A DNA stretch of 64,000 nucleotides from Deltaproteobacteria bacterium (GCA_046583395.1 JAYGCK010000033.1:722-64721); one strand, 5' to 3'. Numbered from the stretch's first letter, positions 47,092 to 57,801 are shown. Numbers and translations are program-made. Notes: generated by a model not told the origin, from the sequence alone.

Positions 47092-47679
47092 ATGACGGGC
47101 GCGACAGCAGACCCGCTGGCACGCTTCGGCCGTTGGCTGGCACTGGCCCGCAAGAGCGGAGAGCCGCTGGCCGAGGCCGGCGCACTTGCCACGGTCGACG
47201 GCCATGGGCGGCCATCGGTCCGCTTTGTCCTGCTAAAGGACACCCGTGCAGACGGTCTGACCTTCTACACCAACACCGCAAGCCGCAAGGGCCGTCACCT
47301 GGCCACCAACCCAAACGCGTCGCTGGCCTTCTACTGGCATCTCGCCGACCGCCAGGTACGTATCGATGGCCGGGTCCGGCCTCTCACTGCCACCGAGGCC
47401 GACCGCTACTGGACCCAGCGGCCGCGCGGCAGTCAGCTGGCCACCGCAGCCTCCAAACAAAGCCGGCCAATGGCATCGCGAAGCGACCTGATCGAAGAGG
47501 TCGGGCGCTTGGAACGCCTCTACCGGGGTGCAGCGGTGCCACGCCCCGAGCACTGGACCGGCTATAGGCTGGTGCCGCGCGAGATAGAGTTCTGGCGACG
47601 CCAGGAACCACGCCTCCACCACCGCGAACTGTTCGTCCTGAGCCGGGGACGCTGGTCGTCGCGTTTGCTCCAGCCCTGA
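47092..47679 (+). CDS. pdxH: Pyridoxamine 5'-phosphate oxidase
   Basis: PNPOx motifs (RFVLLK, FYTNTASRKG) and a C-terminal EFWRRQEPRLHHR. Confidence 0.9.
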   Translation: MTGATADPLARFGRWLALARKSGEPLAEAGALATVDGHGRPSVRFVLLKDTRADGLTFYTNTASRKGRHLATNPNASLAFYWHLADRQVRIDGRVRPLTATEADRYWTQRPRGSQLATAASKQSRPMASRSDLIEEVGRLERLYRGAAVPRPEHWTGYRLVPREIEFWRRQEPRLHHRELFVLSRGRWSSRLLQP

Positions 47680-47724
47680 CCGTCGAGAGATAATCGTCAG
47701 ACCGCAAAAGGGGGAGGTGAAGAA

Positions 47725-48108
47725 GTGAACAGTAGAGCAGCGATGACGGTACGGATACTTCTCGGTGTGTCCATGTTGGTCTTCGGCCTCAACAAGATCT
47801 TCCACTTCTTCGCACCGCCCCCACACAGCGGTGACGCCGCCAAGGCCTTCCTCGGCGGTCTGGCCGGGTCCGGGTATTTCTTCCCCTTCCTCGGCGGTGT
47901 CGAAGCCCTGTGTGGAGCGGCCCTGGTCGCCGGTCTCTTCGTTCCGTTGGCGCTTGTAGTGCTGGCCCCGGTGATGCTCAACATCGTCCTGTTCCATCTG
48001 TTCCTCGACATCGAGGGGATGGCCGTCGGCGGTCTGCTCGGAATCATGCAGGCCTACCTCATGTGGAGCTACCGTAACTCGTTCTCGAGCCTGTTGCGGC
48101 CCCGTTGA
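47725..48108 (+). CDS. DoxX-like family membrane protein
   Basis: 127 aa with 3-4 TM helices and a DoxX-like pattern; overlaps the downstream rSAM start. Confidence 0.45.
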   Translation: MNSRAAMTVRILLGVSMLVFGLNKIFHFFAPPPHSGDAAKAFLGGLAGSGYFFPFLGGVEALCGAALVAGLFVPLALVVLAPVMLNIVLFHLFLDIEGMAVGGLLGIMQAYLMWSYRNSFSSLLRPR

Positions 48109-49085
48109 CCGCGGCACCAAATTTTAGCGAGAGCTTGCGCGAGCACGGCATCGGACCGCTGCTCAGGCACCGGCCCACGACCGTACAGATTAACGTCGGC
48201 AAGCTCTGTAACCAGGCCTGCCACCACTGTCACGTCGATGCCGGCCCCAAGCGCAGCGAACGCATGGACCGGGCCACGGCCGAGTGCCTGGTGGGGCTGG
48301 TAGAGAACGACCCGGCCATCTCAACGGTAGACATCACCGGCGGCGCGCCCGAGCTGAACGAGAATTTTGCCTATCTTGTGCGCTCGCTCAGTTCGCCGTC
48401 ACGCCGGGTAATCGACCGCTGCAACCTCACGGTCATCTACGCCAAGGGCATGGGCTGGTTGCCCGCGTTCCTGGCCGAGCACAGGGTCGAACTGGTCTGT
48501 TCGCTGCCCTGCTACACGGCCGACAATACCGACAGCCAGCGCGGCCAGGGCGTGTTCGAGGCCAGCATCCGCGCGCTCGGGCTCTTGAACGGGCTCGGCT
48601 ACGGCCGTCCCGGCTCGGGTCTTCGTCTGGACCTGGTCTACAATCCGCTCGGCCCCACTCTCCCACCCGACCAGGCCGAGTTGGAAAGCCGCTACCGCAG
48701 CGAGCTCGACGCGCGCTTTGGCATAAGTTTCAACAGCCTGTTCACGATAACCAACATGCCGATATCTCGTTTCGCCGAACAACTACGCCGAAGCGGCCAA
48801 CACGAGTCCTACCTCGGGCTTCTCGTCAACCACTTCAACCCGGCCACCGTGGAAGGCCTGATGTGCCGCGAACTGGTCAGCGTCGGCTGGCAAGGCTCGC
48901 TGTACGATTGCGACTTCAACCAGATGCTCGAAATCCCGTTGGCCGGGGGCGGACGCTACGGCCACATCGACGACCTCGATAACTTCGGGCAACTCGCCGG
49001 CCTCGGGGTGGCCACGGCAGAGCACTGTTACGGTTGTACGGCGGGAGCGGGTTCTAGCTGTTCGGGAGAACTGACCGCCGACTAG
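48105..49085 (+). CDS. arsS: ArsS-family radical SAM protein (arsenosugar-biosynthesis radical SAM (seleno)protein family); Cys form
   Basis: Non-canonical rSAM cluster motif CNQACHHC near the N-terminus and the family-typical C-terminal Cys-rich tail [15 protein letters not shown]; about 326 aa. Confidence 0.6.
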   Translation: MTAAPNFSESLREHGIGPLLRHRPTTVQINVGKLCNQACHHCHVDAGPKRSERMDRATAECLVGLVENDPAISTVDITGGAPELNENFAYLVRSLSSPSRRVIDRCNLTVIYAKGMGWLPAFLAEHRVELVCSLPCYTADNTDSQRGQGVFEASIRALGLLNGLGYGRPGSGLRLDLVYNPLGPTLPPDQAELESRYRSELDARFGISFNSLFTITNMPISRFAEQLRRSGQHESYLGLLVNHFNPATVEGLMCRELVSVGWQGSLYDCDFNQMLEIPLAGGGRYGHIDDLDNFGQLAGLGVATAEHCYGCTAGAGSSCSGELTAD

Positions 49086-51460
49086 GGATAGGGCCGGACC
49101 GTCGAGATTTGCTCGCCAAACACTTCGGGGTCCGAGGTCGGGAGCTTGCAGACCCGGCGCTCACATACATAGGCGGTCACCTTGCCGGCGCGGGCGACCT
49201 TGCCTTTGATGAGCGGGACCGCCTCGGCCATCGGCCCGTGAACGTCGGCCGTACTGATGACGGCCAGCACACGGTTGGGGAGGAACACACCGGCCATCTT
49301 CTCGCGAAAGGCCCAAACATCGGCGCTCCGGTCGGGCTTGATGATGACGATCTCCTTGGGACTGTCGAGATAATAGTCCAAGGCCGAGAGCATCTTGGGA
49401 AGTGCGGTCGGGTTGCGCGAGATCACACGTGCGAACGCGGCCAGACTCATCTCGGCCAACTCGAGATAACCGTCATCCGTGGTCAGTTCGTAAAGACGCA
49501 ATAGGTTGGACACCGCCACCGCGTTGCCCGAAGGCTCGGCACCATCGTAGTAGGGCTTATCGCGGGTAAGGAGCGTCTCGCCAAAATCGGCGGTCAGAAA
49601 GAACCCGCCGTTCTCCTCGTCCCAGAACGAGCTTTCCAGCGTCGCGTGCAACTGACGCGCGGCATCGAGCCAACGCAGATCGTGCGTGGTCTCGAACAAG
49701 TCGAGCATACCGGCGGCCACGAAAGCGTAATCGTCGAGAATCCCGTCATAACGGGCACGTCCGCTCCGGTAGGAACGGTGGAGCCGTCCCTGTTCGGTCA
49801 TCATGCGCTCGACGATGAACTCGGCCGCACTCTCGGCCCGCTGCGCATACCTGTCGCGCCCAAAAACCTGGGCGGCCCGTGCAAACGCCGATATCATCAG
49901 CCCGTTCCACGCGGCGACTATCTTGTCGTCCTTGCCAGGGGGCGGCCGCTCGCCGCGCTTTTCGTACATAAGCTCACGGGCGCCATCGAGCTCCTCGCGA
50001 ATGTCGTCGACCGACATGCCCAGCTCTTTGGCCACCCGTGCCAGAGGGCGGGGCGTGTTCAGTATAGAGCGTCCCTCGAAGTTGCCGCGCTCGGTCACAC
50101 CGTAGTAACCGCTTACCAGACGGGCCAGGTCATCACCCAACAGCCCGGCCAGTTCGTCCGGGGTCCAGGTGAAGAAATAGCCCTCTTCCTCGTGACCACC
50201 GGGGGTCGGGCTGTCGGCGTCGGTGGCCGAATGGAACCCCCCTTCACGATCGCTCATCTCGCCAGAGACATAGTCGAGCAGCTCTGTGACCACCCGTGCC
50301 AGGTCCTCGCGACCGGTAATCTGAAAGGCTTCCACGTATGCCACCACCAACAAGGCATTGTCGTAGAGCATCTTCTCAAAATGCGGGACCAACCAACGCG
50401 AGTCGGTCGAGTAACGGTGAAAGCCACCGCCGACATGGTCGTATATGCCGCCCTTGGCCATACGCTCGAGCGTATAGACGGCCATGTGAAGGGCCTGTTC
50501 GTCGCCGGTGCGCCGGTGGTAACGCAGAAGGAACTCGAGCGTGACCGAGCGCGGGAACTTGGGTGCACCGCCGAAACCGCCGTAGACCGCATCGAAGGAC
50601 TTGGACAGACTGGCGTAGGCCTTGCGCAGCGGGGTGGCCCCTGGGACTGCCCCGGGAGGCCTGGGCGCGGCCGCCTTGAGCAAGCGCTCGCTTATCTCGG
50701 CGGCCTTGGCAACGACCCCCTCGCGGTCGGTGGTATATGCATGCGCGAGTCGCTCGAGGATGGTGAGAAAGCCAATCCGTGTGCCACGGTCACCGTCGCG
50801 AGCTGGGAAATAGGTGCCGCCGAAGAATGGTCTTGCCTCCGGGGTCATGACCACCGTCATCGGCCAGCCGCCTCCACCGGACAGCACACGTACGGCGTCC
50901 ATGTAGACGTTGTCTATGTCGGGCCGTTCCTCACGGTCTACCTTGATTGCCACATAGTTGGCGTTCAGGAAGGCCGCTATCTCGGTATCCTCGAAGGACT
51001 CGCGTTCCATGACGTGACACCAGTGGCAGGTCGCGTAGCCGACGCTTAACAAGATGGGCCGGCCTAGCCGCCTGGCCGCGTCGAAGGCCTCATCACTCCA
51101 GGGATACCAGTTGACCGGGTTGTGGGCGTGCTGGAGCAGATACGGACTGGTCTCGAACACCAATCGGTTGGTAAAGGTCGGTGCGCCGTCGAGCTCCAGG
51201 TGGTGGGTGCGGGGCCTGTAAGAGGCCGGCATTCGGGTAAGCGCCTTGGCCAACGCGCTGCGGAGCCTGCCTGGATAGGGTGCAGCTCCGGGTAGTTGCT
51301 CGGGAACCGCCCAGGCATGCCCGCCCGGGGGCGGTTGGCCGAACACCTCGGACTGGCCGCTCAGCGCCCCTCTCTCCCCGCCGCCGGACCGGCATCCGGG
51401 GCCGGCCGTTGCAGCCAAGAACAACACAAGAATGAATATATGCCGCTTGCTAAGGGTCAT
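49082..51460 (-). CDS. Thioredoxin-domain-containing protein (DUF255 / YyaL-like, fused to an N-acyl-glucosamine-epimerase-like alpha-toroid domain), lipoprotein
   Basis: Trx-like motif [18 protein letters not shown] and a lipobox-like ATAGPGC near the N-terminus; 792 aa. Confidence 0.75.
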   Translation of the reverse strand: MTLSKRHIFILVLFLAATAGPGCRSGGGERGALSGQSEVFGQPPPGGHAWAVPEQLPGAAPYPGRLRSALAKALTRMPASYRPRTHHLELDGAPTFTNRLVFETSPYLLQHAHNPVNWYPWSDEAFDAARRLGRPILLSVGYATCHWCHVMERESFEDTEIAAFLNANYVAIKVDREERPDIDNVYMDAVRVLSGGGGWPMTVVMTPEARPFFGGTYFPARDGDRGTRIGFLTILERLAHAYTTDREGVVAKAAEISERLLKAAAPRPPGAVPGATPLRKAYASLSKSFDAVYGGFGGAPKFPRSVTLEFLLRYHRRTGDEQALHMAVYTLERMAKGGIYDHVGGGFHRYSTDSRWLVPHFEKMLYDNALLVVAYVEAFQITGREDLARVVTELLDYVSGEMSDREGGFHSATDADSPTPGGHEEEGYFFTWTPDELAGLLGDDLARLVSGYYGVTERGNFEGRSILNTPRPLARVAKELGMSVDDIREELDGARELMYEKRGERPPPGKDDKIVAAWNGLMISAFARAAQVFGRDRYAQRAESAAEFIVERMMTEQGRLHRSYRSGRARYDGILDDYAFVAAGMLDLFETTHDLRWLDAARQLHATLESSFWDEENGGFFLTADFGETLLTRDKPYYDGAEPSGNAVAVSNLLRLYELTTDDGYLELAEMSLAAFARVISRNPTALPKMLSALDYYLDSPKEIVIIKPDRSADVWAFREKMAGVFLPNRVLAVISTADVHGPMAEAVPLIKGKVARAGKVTAYVCERRVCKLPTSDPEVFGEQISTVRPYP

Positions 51461-51570
51461 CGTCGGGCCCGGTCGGGCAGGTTAATGGCTGGCTGTGCCA
51501 GCCTTTCCTTTAACTTGCAACGTAGCGTCGGCAAAATCGCCGCTCCCTGACCTGGGACGGAGGATTAGGC

Positions 51571-52386
51571 ATGGCCGATAACAAGTCACCAAAAGTACTG
51601 ACCGAGGCGGTGGACCGAACCTGGATTATCACCATCAACCGGGCCTCCAAGATGAACTGCGTCGACGGAGAAACGGCCGCCGCCCTCGAACAAGCGTGGC
51701 TCAGGTTCCGTGACGACGACGAGCTGTACGTGGCCATCCTTACCGGAGCGGGCGACGAATCGTTTTGCTCGGGAGCCGACCTCAAGGCCGCTCAGACCCT
51801 CGGGCCGGGCGCCGGGGCCTCTGTGGCGGAACATCGCCGTTTCGTGACCCACGGCAGCGGCTATATGGGTTACACGCGCGGAACCGACATCTACAAACCC
51901 ATCATCTGCGCCGTCAACGGCTACGCCTTCGCCGGCGGCCTCGAGCTTGCCTGTCTCGGGGACCTACGCATCGCCAGTGAGAACGCCGAGTTCTGGGTGG
52001 CCTGCCGGCGCTGGAACGTCCCGCTGGTCGATGGTGGCACCCAGCGCTTGCCGCGCATCGTCGGCATGGGCCATGCAATGGACCTGATATTGAGAGCCCG
52101 CCGGATCGACGCCGCCGAAGCCCACCGGATCGGCCTGGCCAACGAAGTGGTAGCACCGGGTAATGCCCTGGAACGCAGCCTCGAGATTGCCGGCGAACTG
52201 GCAGCCTATCCACAGGCGGCCATGAGAACCGACAAACAGGCCGCCATGATGGGTTCGGGCAGAACCCTGGAAGAGGGACTGAGGATAGAGTGCGAGGTCG
52301 GCCAAAGCGCTATGATGAGCCGCGACCTTGCCGAGGGGTTGGCGGCCTTCGCTGAACAGCGGCCGGGTAACTTCGTCAACGACTGA
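51571..52386 (+). CDS. Enoyl-CoA hydratase/isomerase family protein
   Basis: Crotonase motifs (ILTGAGDESFCSGADLK, GGLELA). Confidence 0.8.
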   Translation: MADNKSPKVLTEAVDRTWIITINRASKMNCVDGETAAALEQAWLRFRDDDELYVAILTGAGDESFCSGADLKAAQTLGPGAGASVAEHRRFVTHGSGYMGYTRGTDIYKPIICAVNGYAFAGGLELACLGDLRIASENAEFWVACRRWNVPLVDGGTQRLPRIVGMGHAMDLILRARRIDAAEAHRIGLANEVVAPGNALERSLEIAGELAAYPQAAMRTDKQAAMMGSGRTLEEGLRIECEVGQSAMMSRDLAEGLAAFAEQRPGNFVND

Positions 52387-52410
52387 GACAGACCAGGAGC
52401 ACTGACCCGA

Positions 52411-53907
52411 ATGATTGAACGGACCGGCAGACAAACGGGCATATCGCTCCCCGTGCTCCTGTTGGTCGCGGTCCTAGTGGTCGCGGCAATGGCCATCGTG
52501 TTGCCACGCCTTGTGGGGCGCTATCTCCTGACCCCCGATTTCATCGAAGCCCGTATAATCGCCCCGCTCGAAGAGACCATCGGACGGGATGTCAGTATCG
52601 GGGCGTTCGAGCTGGGAATAGGCGGGCTCCGTGTCTCCGAACTGGTAATCGCTGAGGATCCCGGAATCGTTTCGGACGGCCCGTTCGTGGCCGTCGAACG
52701 CCTCGAACTCAGGCTCGACTGGCTCGCCCTCGTCTTTCGCCGGCAAGTATCGGGCGCGGCACTGATTGTGGACCGCCCCGTGGTAATCTTGCGCCGGCAG
52801 CGCGATGGACCTTTCGGCGTGACCACGCTCGTCGAACGGATGACGGCCGGCCGCGGCAAAACACCTGGCGGCAGCTGGTCGGTGGCGCGCATCTCGATAC
52901 ACAACGGCTCGCTCGAAACCCGCGATAGCCAAGGGCGAAGCGATACCAAGGTCGAAGACCTCGGCCTGGAGGCCCGTGGCATGCTGGCGCCCGAACGCCG
53001 GGACCTTTCGATTCGCGTCCATACCGGACGCGTCCGCAGTGGCAGGATGACAATGAGCAGTTCCGAGCTAAAGGCCCGTATTGCCGGCCCCGCGCTTAGC
53101 ATCAGCGAAGGCAAACTAGCCCTGGCCGGGGGCTCGGCGGCTTTCGAGGCTGGTCTGCTCTCCGGCCAGCGGCAACGCATGTCCGCATCAATAAAAGCAA
53201 CCGACATCGACCTGGCCGCTGTGACCGCAATGCTCTCAGCCAACCCAAAGGTGGCGCTCGAGGGCACGATGGCCGGCACCCTCGACCTTGCCTCGGAGGG
53301 CACCGCACGGACAGAGCTGTTAGATAACCTTTCGGGCCACGGGCAGATGCTCATCAACGCGGGGCGCATAAGCGGCTCCAAGGGCCTGCGCGCCCTGGCC
53401 TCGGCAGTCGGGTTCGACGAGCTGACCACCCTGGACCTCAACAAATCCGGCGGCGAGTTCAAAATTGACGGCCGCCGGGTAAGCAGCCAACGCATGCTGC
53501 TGGGCAACGATAAGGCGCGCCTGATTATGAAGGGCAGCGTGGGGTTCGACACCAGCCTGGACCTGCAGGCCTGGGTCGGGGTTGGGCCCGGCGCCGAGCG
53601 CTCCTGGCTGTCGGTTGGTAGCCTGTTGCCCTATATGCGCGACAAGGACGGCTGGACCAACATAGCGGTGGCCATCAAGGGCAAGCTGCGGCAACCGAAA
53701 GTGGCCGTTCCGGCCCGCTCGCTGGCAGAAAGGATGCTGCAGCTGGTTCCTGACGCTGCCGAACTGATTATCAAGGAGGGCAGTCACGCCACCGGAACCA
53801 TCCTCAAAGAAGGCGTGGCCCTGCCCGGTGCGATACTCAGGGAGGGGGCCGAAGGTATCGGCTCGATGCTAGAAGGAATCGAACGCGTCCTGGAGGGCGA
53901 TGACTGA
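52411..53907 (+). CDS. AsmA family protein
   Basis: N-terminal TM anchor followed by long beta-rich repeats typical of AsmA-like proteins. Confidence 0.45.
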   Translation: MIERTGRQTGISLPVLLLVAVLVVAAMAIVLPRLVGRYLLTPDFIEARIIAPLEETIGRDVSIGAFELGIGGLRVSELVIAEDPGIVSDGPFVAVERLELRLDWLALVFRRQVSGAALIVDRPVVILRRQRDGPFGVTTLVERMTAGRGKTPGGSWSVARISIHNGSLETRDSQGRSDTKVEDLGLEARGMLAPERRDLSIRVHTGRVRSGRMTMSSSELKARIAGPALSISEGKLALAGGSAAFEAGLLSGQRQRMSASIKATDIDLAAVTAMLSANPKVALEGTMAGTLDLASEGTARTELLDNLSGHGQMLINAGRISGSKGLRALASAVGFDELTTLDLNKSGGEFKIDGRRVSSQRMLLGNDKARLIMKGSVGFDTSLDLQAWVGVGPGAERSWLSVGSLLPYMRDKDGWTNIAVAIKGKLRQPKVAVPARSLAERMLQLVPDAAELIIKEGSHATGTILKEGVALPGAILREGAEGIGSMLEGIERVLEGDD

Positions 53908-55292
53908 TGGCCCGGTTCACGGTCGATAACCCGGCAACGGGCGAAACCGTCACCCGTGCCGAGCCTCTCTCCGAGGACCGGATTGACCGGCTGATGGCAA
54001 GGGCCTCCGCGGCTGCGCGCGATTGGGCCAGCACCGGTCTAGCCGAACGGATTGAACTGTGTGACGGGTTCCTTGGCCGTTTCCAGGCCGGCCGCGATGA
54101 GATAGCCGGCGATATAACCCGCCAGATGGGCAAACCCCTGGCAGAGTCACGTGCCGAGCTGGCCACCATGGAACAGCGCGCGCGGTTCATGATGGCCGCC
54201 GCCGTCGGTCAGCTCGAACCCATGGACCTGGGCGGGGAGACCGGCGTCCGACGTTTCATAGAATGGGTGCCGGTCGGAACCGTTCTCGACATCGCGGCCT
54301 GGAACTATCCCATGTTGATCGCCGTCAACGTGCTCGTCCCAGCGCTGTTGGCCGGCAACTCGGTCATCCTCAAGCATTCGAGCCGAACACCGCTCTGCGG
54401 AACGGCATTCGAACAAGCCTTTGCCGAGGCCGGCGCACCGCCCGGCCTGGTACAGGCCGTTACCGCCAGCCACCAAACCACCGCCGCCTTGGTCGGCAGC
54501 GAAGAGGTCGGCTACGTTGCCTTTACCGGTTCGGTCGAAGGCGGACGCGAGGTATCGCGCGCAGCGGCCGGACGCTTCATCGACGTCGGCCTGGAACTGG
54601 GCGGCAAGGACGCCGCTTATGTGCGTGCCGACGCCGATCTGGAAAGCTCGGCGGCCGCCATAGCCGAGGGAGCCTTCTACAACGCCGGCCAGAGTTGCTG
54701 CGCTGTGGAGCGGGTCTACGCCGACCGTAGCATCTATGCCGGCCTCCTCGAGGCCCTGACCGAGCAGGCCAAGGTCTGGCGGCCGGGCGACCCGCTTGCC
54801 GACGGGACCCGGCTCGGACCCATGGCCAAGCCGGGCGCCCCCGAGGCTGCCCGTGGCCAGGTGAAAGAAGCGATAGGCTCGGGCGCGCGCTTGCTCGCCG
54901 GCGGGCAGACAGCCCAGATTGACGGCCTCGGCCGCTACTTTGAAGCCACCGTACTTGCCGACACCGACCACTCGATGCGGGTCATGACCGAGGAAAGCTT
55001 CGCTCCGGTCGCAGCCGTGGCCCCGGTCGATGGCGACGAAGAGGCCGTGGCCCGAATCAACGACTCGCGCTACGGGCTCACCGCCTCGGTCTGGACCAAG
55101 GACCAAGAGACCGCCGCAGCCTTGGGACGCCGGCTGGAGGTCGGCACGGTGCTAGTCAACCGCTGCGACCACCTCGACCCCTCACTGCCCTGGGCCGGGT
55201 GGAAGGACAGCGGTGTCGGTCTGACGATGTCGCACCTGGGCTTCGACCGGATGGTCAAGACCCGAGGCTTTCACATAAGAGAAAAGGCCTGA
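53907..55292 (+). CDS. NAD(P)-dependent aldehyde dehydrogenase
   Basis: ALDH motifs (FTGS, ELGGK, catalytic Cys in GQSCCAVER). Confidence 0.85.
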   Translation: MARFTVDNPATGETVTRAEPLSEDRIDRLMARASAAARDWASTGLAERIELCDGFLGRFQAGRDEIAGDITRQMGKPLAESRAELATMEQRARFMMAAAVGQLEPMDLGGETGVRRFIEWVPVGTVLDIAAWNYPMLIAVNVLVPALLAGNSVILKHSSRTPLCGTAFEQAFAEAGAPPGLVQAVTASHQTTAALVGSEEVGYVAFTGSVEGGREVSRAAAGRFIDVGLELGGKDAAYVRADADLESSAAAIAEGAFYNAGQSCCAVERVYADRSIYAGLLEALTEQAKVWRPGDPLADGTRLGPMAKPGAPEAARGQVKEAIGSGARLLAGGQTAQIDGLGRYFEATVLADTDHSMRVMTEESFAPVAAVAPVDGDEEAVARINDSRYGLTASVWTKDQETAAALGRRLEVGTVLVNRCDHLDPSLPWAGWKDSGVGLTMSHLGFDRMVKTRGFHIREKA

Positions 55293-55294
55293 GC

Positions 55295-55726
55295 CTACTG
55301 CGCGACGTAGTCTCTCAGGAAGCGCAGCTCGGTCGTGGACTCCTCCATCTTGGCCTTGACCACGTCGCCGATGGAGATGATTCCGGCCAAGCGCTCGCCG
55401 TCGAGAATCGGCAGATGACGGATGCGGTGCTCGGTCATCACCCGCATCACATACTCGATGTCGTCGTCGGGAACGCCGATGACCAACTCGCGGGTCATAG
55501 CGTCGGCAACCGAACTGGTGACAGCGTCGGGCACCGGCCGGTCGGCCACCAGGCGAAGAACATCACGCTCGGTGATTATGCCGACGAGCCGGCCATCATC
55601 GTCGCACACCGGGAGCGCACCGATATTGTGCTCGACCAAACGGGCAACCGCGTCTTGGACGCTACGTTTCGGCGATATGGTCTGTAGAGCGATGTCCTCG
55701 AGCTTGGTTATGTCGCCTACTTTCAT
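55295..55726 (-). CDS. CBS domain-containing protein
   Basis: Tandem CBS pair; 143 aa. Confidence 0.75.
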   Translation of the reverse strand: MKVGDITKLEDIALQTISPKRSVQDAVARLVEHNIGALPVCDDDGRLVGIITERDVLRLVADRPVPDAVTSSVADAMTRELVIGVPDDDIEYVMRVMTEHRIRHLPILDGERLAGIISIGDVVKAKMEESTTELRFLRDYVAQ

Positions 55727-55775
55727 GGCCCGGGCCGCGATAGCCGCGGCCGCAACGCGAACGTATCACAGAACC

Positions 55776-55787
55776 ACCACCGGTGGT
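55776..55787. promoter_or_regulatory. Perfect 12-bp palindrome ACCACCGGTGGT in a divergent promoter region
   Basis: Lies between the divergent CBS-protein gene and the hemD::hemE ORF; candidate operator. Confidence 0.2.
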
Positions 55788-55870
55788 CAACGCCTTTTGT
55801 GGGGTCCGGGCTAGGGCTGTCCTTTGCGTCAGGGCCGACCTACTCTACCCGATGTAAAGGGTTTAATACG

Positions 55871-57790
55871 GTGAACCGAGCGCAGACAAGAGGGTTCGGC
55901 GGCCTGCGAGTGGTGTCGTTCGAAAGCCGTATGGCCGAGGAGACCGGCCGCCTCGTCGAGGGGTCCGGCGGCGTTGCCATCCTCGCGCCCTCGATGCGCG
56001 AGGTTCCGCTAGAACAGAACAACGAAGCTCTCGGGTTCGGCCGCAAGCTGCTGGCAGGCGCCTACGACATCATCGTCTTCATGACCGGGGTCGGCACCCG
56101 CTACCTGTTCGCCGCAATGGAGGTCGAGCACGACCGCGCCCAACTGGTCGACGCGCTTTCCTCCACCGTCGTGGTCGCGCGCGGCCCCAAACCGGTGCGA
56201 GCTCTCGGCGAATTCAAGGTTCCGATAACGCTGACCGTCCCCGAGCCCAACACCTGGCGGGAGATACTCGAGGCAATGGCCGGGCACGACGGTATCCGGC
56301 TCGACGGGGCCAAGGTCGCGGTCCAACTCTACGGTAGGACCAACGACCAGTTCGTGACCGCACTCGAGAACGCCGGTGCTACAGTCGAGACGGTACCGGT
56401 CTACCGTTGGGCCATGCCCGAAGACCGCACCCCGCTGGTCTCGGCCATACGCCAGATTATCGGCGGCACGGCCGACGTCGCGCTCTTCACGAGCGCCAAC
56501 CAAGTTAGCAATGTCTTCCAGGCCGCCGAGGACGAAGGCATCGCCGGCGACCTCCGCCGTTCCTTTGAGGAGCTTCTGATTTGTTCGATTGGGCCGGTGT
56601 GCAGCGAAGCGCTCAACGTGCACGGCGTGGATGTCGATCTGGAACCCTCGCATACCAAGCTGGGGCTGCTCGTCAAGGAGACCGCCACGCAGGCCGCGAG
56701 CATGCTTGCCGGCAAACGCCAACGAGCGGTTACAGGTCCTACCGGCATGACCGACCAGCGCGCGACCGACAGCAACGCATTCATGAAGGCGTGCCGGCGT
56801 GAGCCCGTCGAGCACACTCCGGTCTGGCTCATGCGACAGGCCGGCCGCTACATGAAGGAGTACCGGCAGCTACGCGCCGAGGTCTCCTTCATCGAGCTGT
56901 GCAAGCGTCCCGAGCTTGCAGCCGAGGTCGCCGTGACTGCGGCCGGCCGAATCGGCGCGGACGCGGCTATCCTATTTTCCGACATTCTGTTGATTGTCGA
57001 ACCCATGGGCCTCGGGTTGAGCTATGCCCAAGGCGACGGACCCAAGCTCGAGGGTGTGGTGCGCGAGGCCTCCGACGTGGCCAGACTGCGTGAGGTCGAC
57101 CCGCGTGACTCCTTGGCCTTCGTTTTCGAGGCGGTCGCCGAGACCCGCCGACAGTTGCCCGCACAGATCCCTCTAATCGGTTTCTGCGGCGCGCCCTTCA
57201 CCTTGGCCTCATACATCGTCGAGGGCGGTTCCTCTCGCCAGTGGAAGGAGACCCGGCGGTTCATGCGCAGCGACGAGTCTGCCTGGAACGCGATGATGGC
57301 GCTGCTCACCAGAGCACTGACCGGTTATCTCTTGGCCCAGGTCGAGGCTGGCGCGAGCGTGCTGCAAATATTCGACAGCTGGGTCGGCTGCCTGACGCCG
57401 GCCGAGTACCGGCGTTATGTGCTCCCGCACACCACCGCTCTGGTGTCGGCCCTGCCCGCCGATGTGCCGGTCATACATTTTGGGACCGGGACCGCCGAAC
57501 TCCTCGACGATATGGCCACGGCCGGAGCCTGCGTGCTTGGCGTCGACCACAGCAGCCTGCTGGCTCCGGTAATGGAACGTCACCCGGACCTTGCCGTCCA
57601 AGGCAACCTCGACCCATCGGTCCTCCTAGAGGATCGTGCCACCATCGAAACGGCCGTGGCCGGCGTTCTCGACGACGCCGGCGGCCGCCCGGGACACATC
57701 TTCAACCTTGGCCACGGAGTTCTACCGGACACGCCCGTCGACAACGCAGCTCTGGTCGTACAACTGGTCCACGAATTGAGCGCGCGCTGA
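55871..57790 (+). CDS. hemDE: Uroporphyrinogen-III synthase / uroporphyrinogen decarboxylase in a single reading frame (HemD::HemE fusion)
   Basis: The N-terminal ~300 aa carry both HemD half-domain signatures (DIIVFMTGVGTRYLF, ALFTSANQVSNVF, SIGPVCSEAL). From the internal Met onwards (MTDQRATDSNAFMKACRREPVEHTPVWLMRQAGRYMKEY) there is a full-length HemE. No stop codon separates them. The start is uncertain (GTG near 55871; ORF-track 55799). Confidence 0.7.
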   Translation: MNRAQTRGFGGLRVVSFESRMAEETGRLVEGSGGVAILAPSMREVPLEQNNEALGFGRKLLAGAYDIIVFMTGVGTRYLFAAMEVEHDRAQLVDALSSTVVVARGPKPVRALGEFKVPITLTVPEPNTWREILEAMAGHDGIRLDGAKVAVQLYGRTNDQFVTALENAGATVETVPVYRWAMPEDRTPLVSAIRQIIGGTADVALFTSANQVSNVFQAAEDEGIAGDLRRSFEELLICSIGPVCSEALNVHGVDVDLEPSHTKLGLLVKETATQAASMLAGKRQRAVTGPTGMTDQRATDSNAFMKACRREPVEHTPVWLMRQAGRYMKEYRQLRAEVSFIELCKRPELAAEVAVTAAGRIGADAAILFSDILLIVEPMGLGLSYAQGDGPKLEGVVREASDVARLREVDPRDSLAFVFEAVAETRRQLPAQIPLIGFCGAPFTLASYIVEGGSSRQWKETRRFMRSDESAWNAMMALLTRALTGYLLAQVEAGASVLQIFDSWVGCLTPAEYRRYVLPHTTALVSALPADVPVIHFGTGTAELLDDMATAGACVLGVDHSSLLAPVMERHPDLAVQGNLDPSVLLEDRATIETAVAGVLDDAGGRPGHIFNLGHGVLPDTPVDNAALVVQLVHELSAR

Positions 57791-57801
57791 ACCTTCCACC
57801 G

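Noticed and set aside
48105-49085. Sec-containing variant of the ArsS family rSAM
   Set aside because: The C-terminal motif is encoded with Cys codons throughout ([14 protein letters not shown]); there is no in-frame TGA.
55799-57790. Two separate genes hemD and hemE rather than a fusion
   Set aside because: There is no stop codon in frame between the HemD-like and HemE-like parts, and the HemE Met is in the same frame. Separate genes would need a sequencing error.
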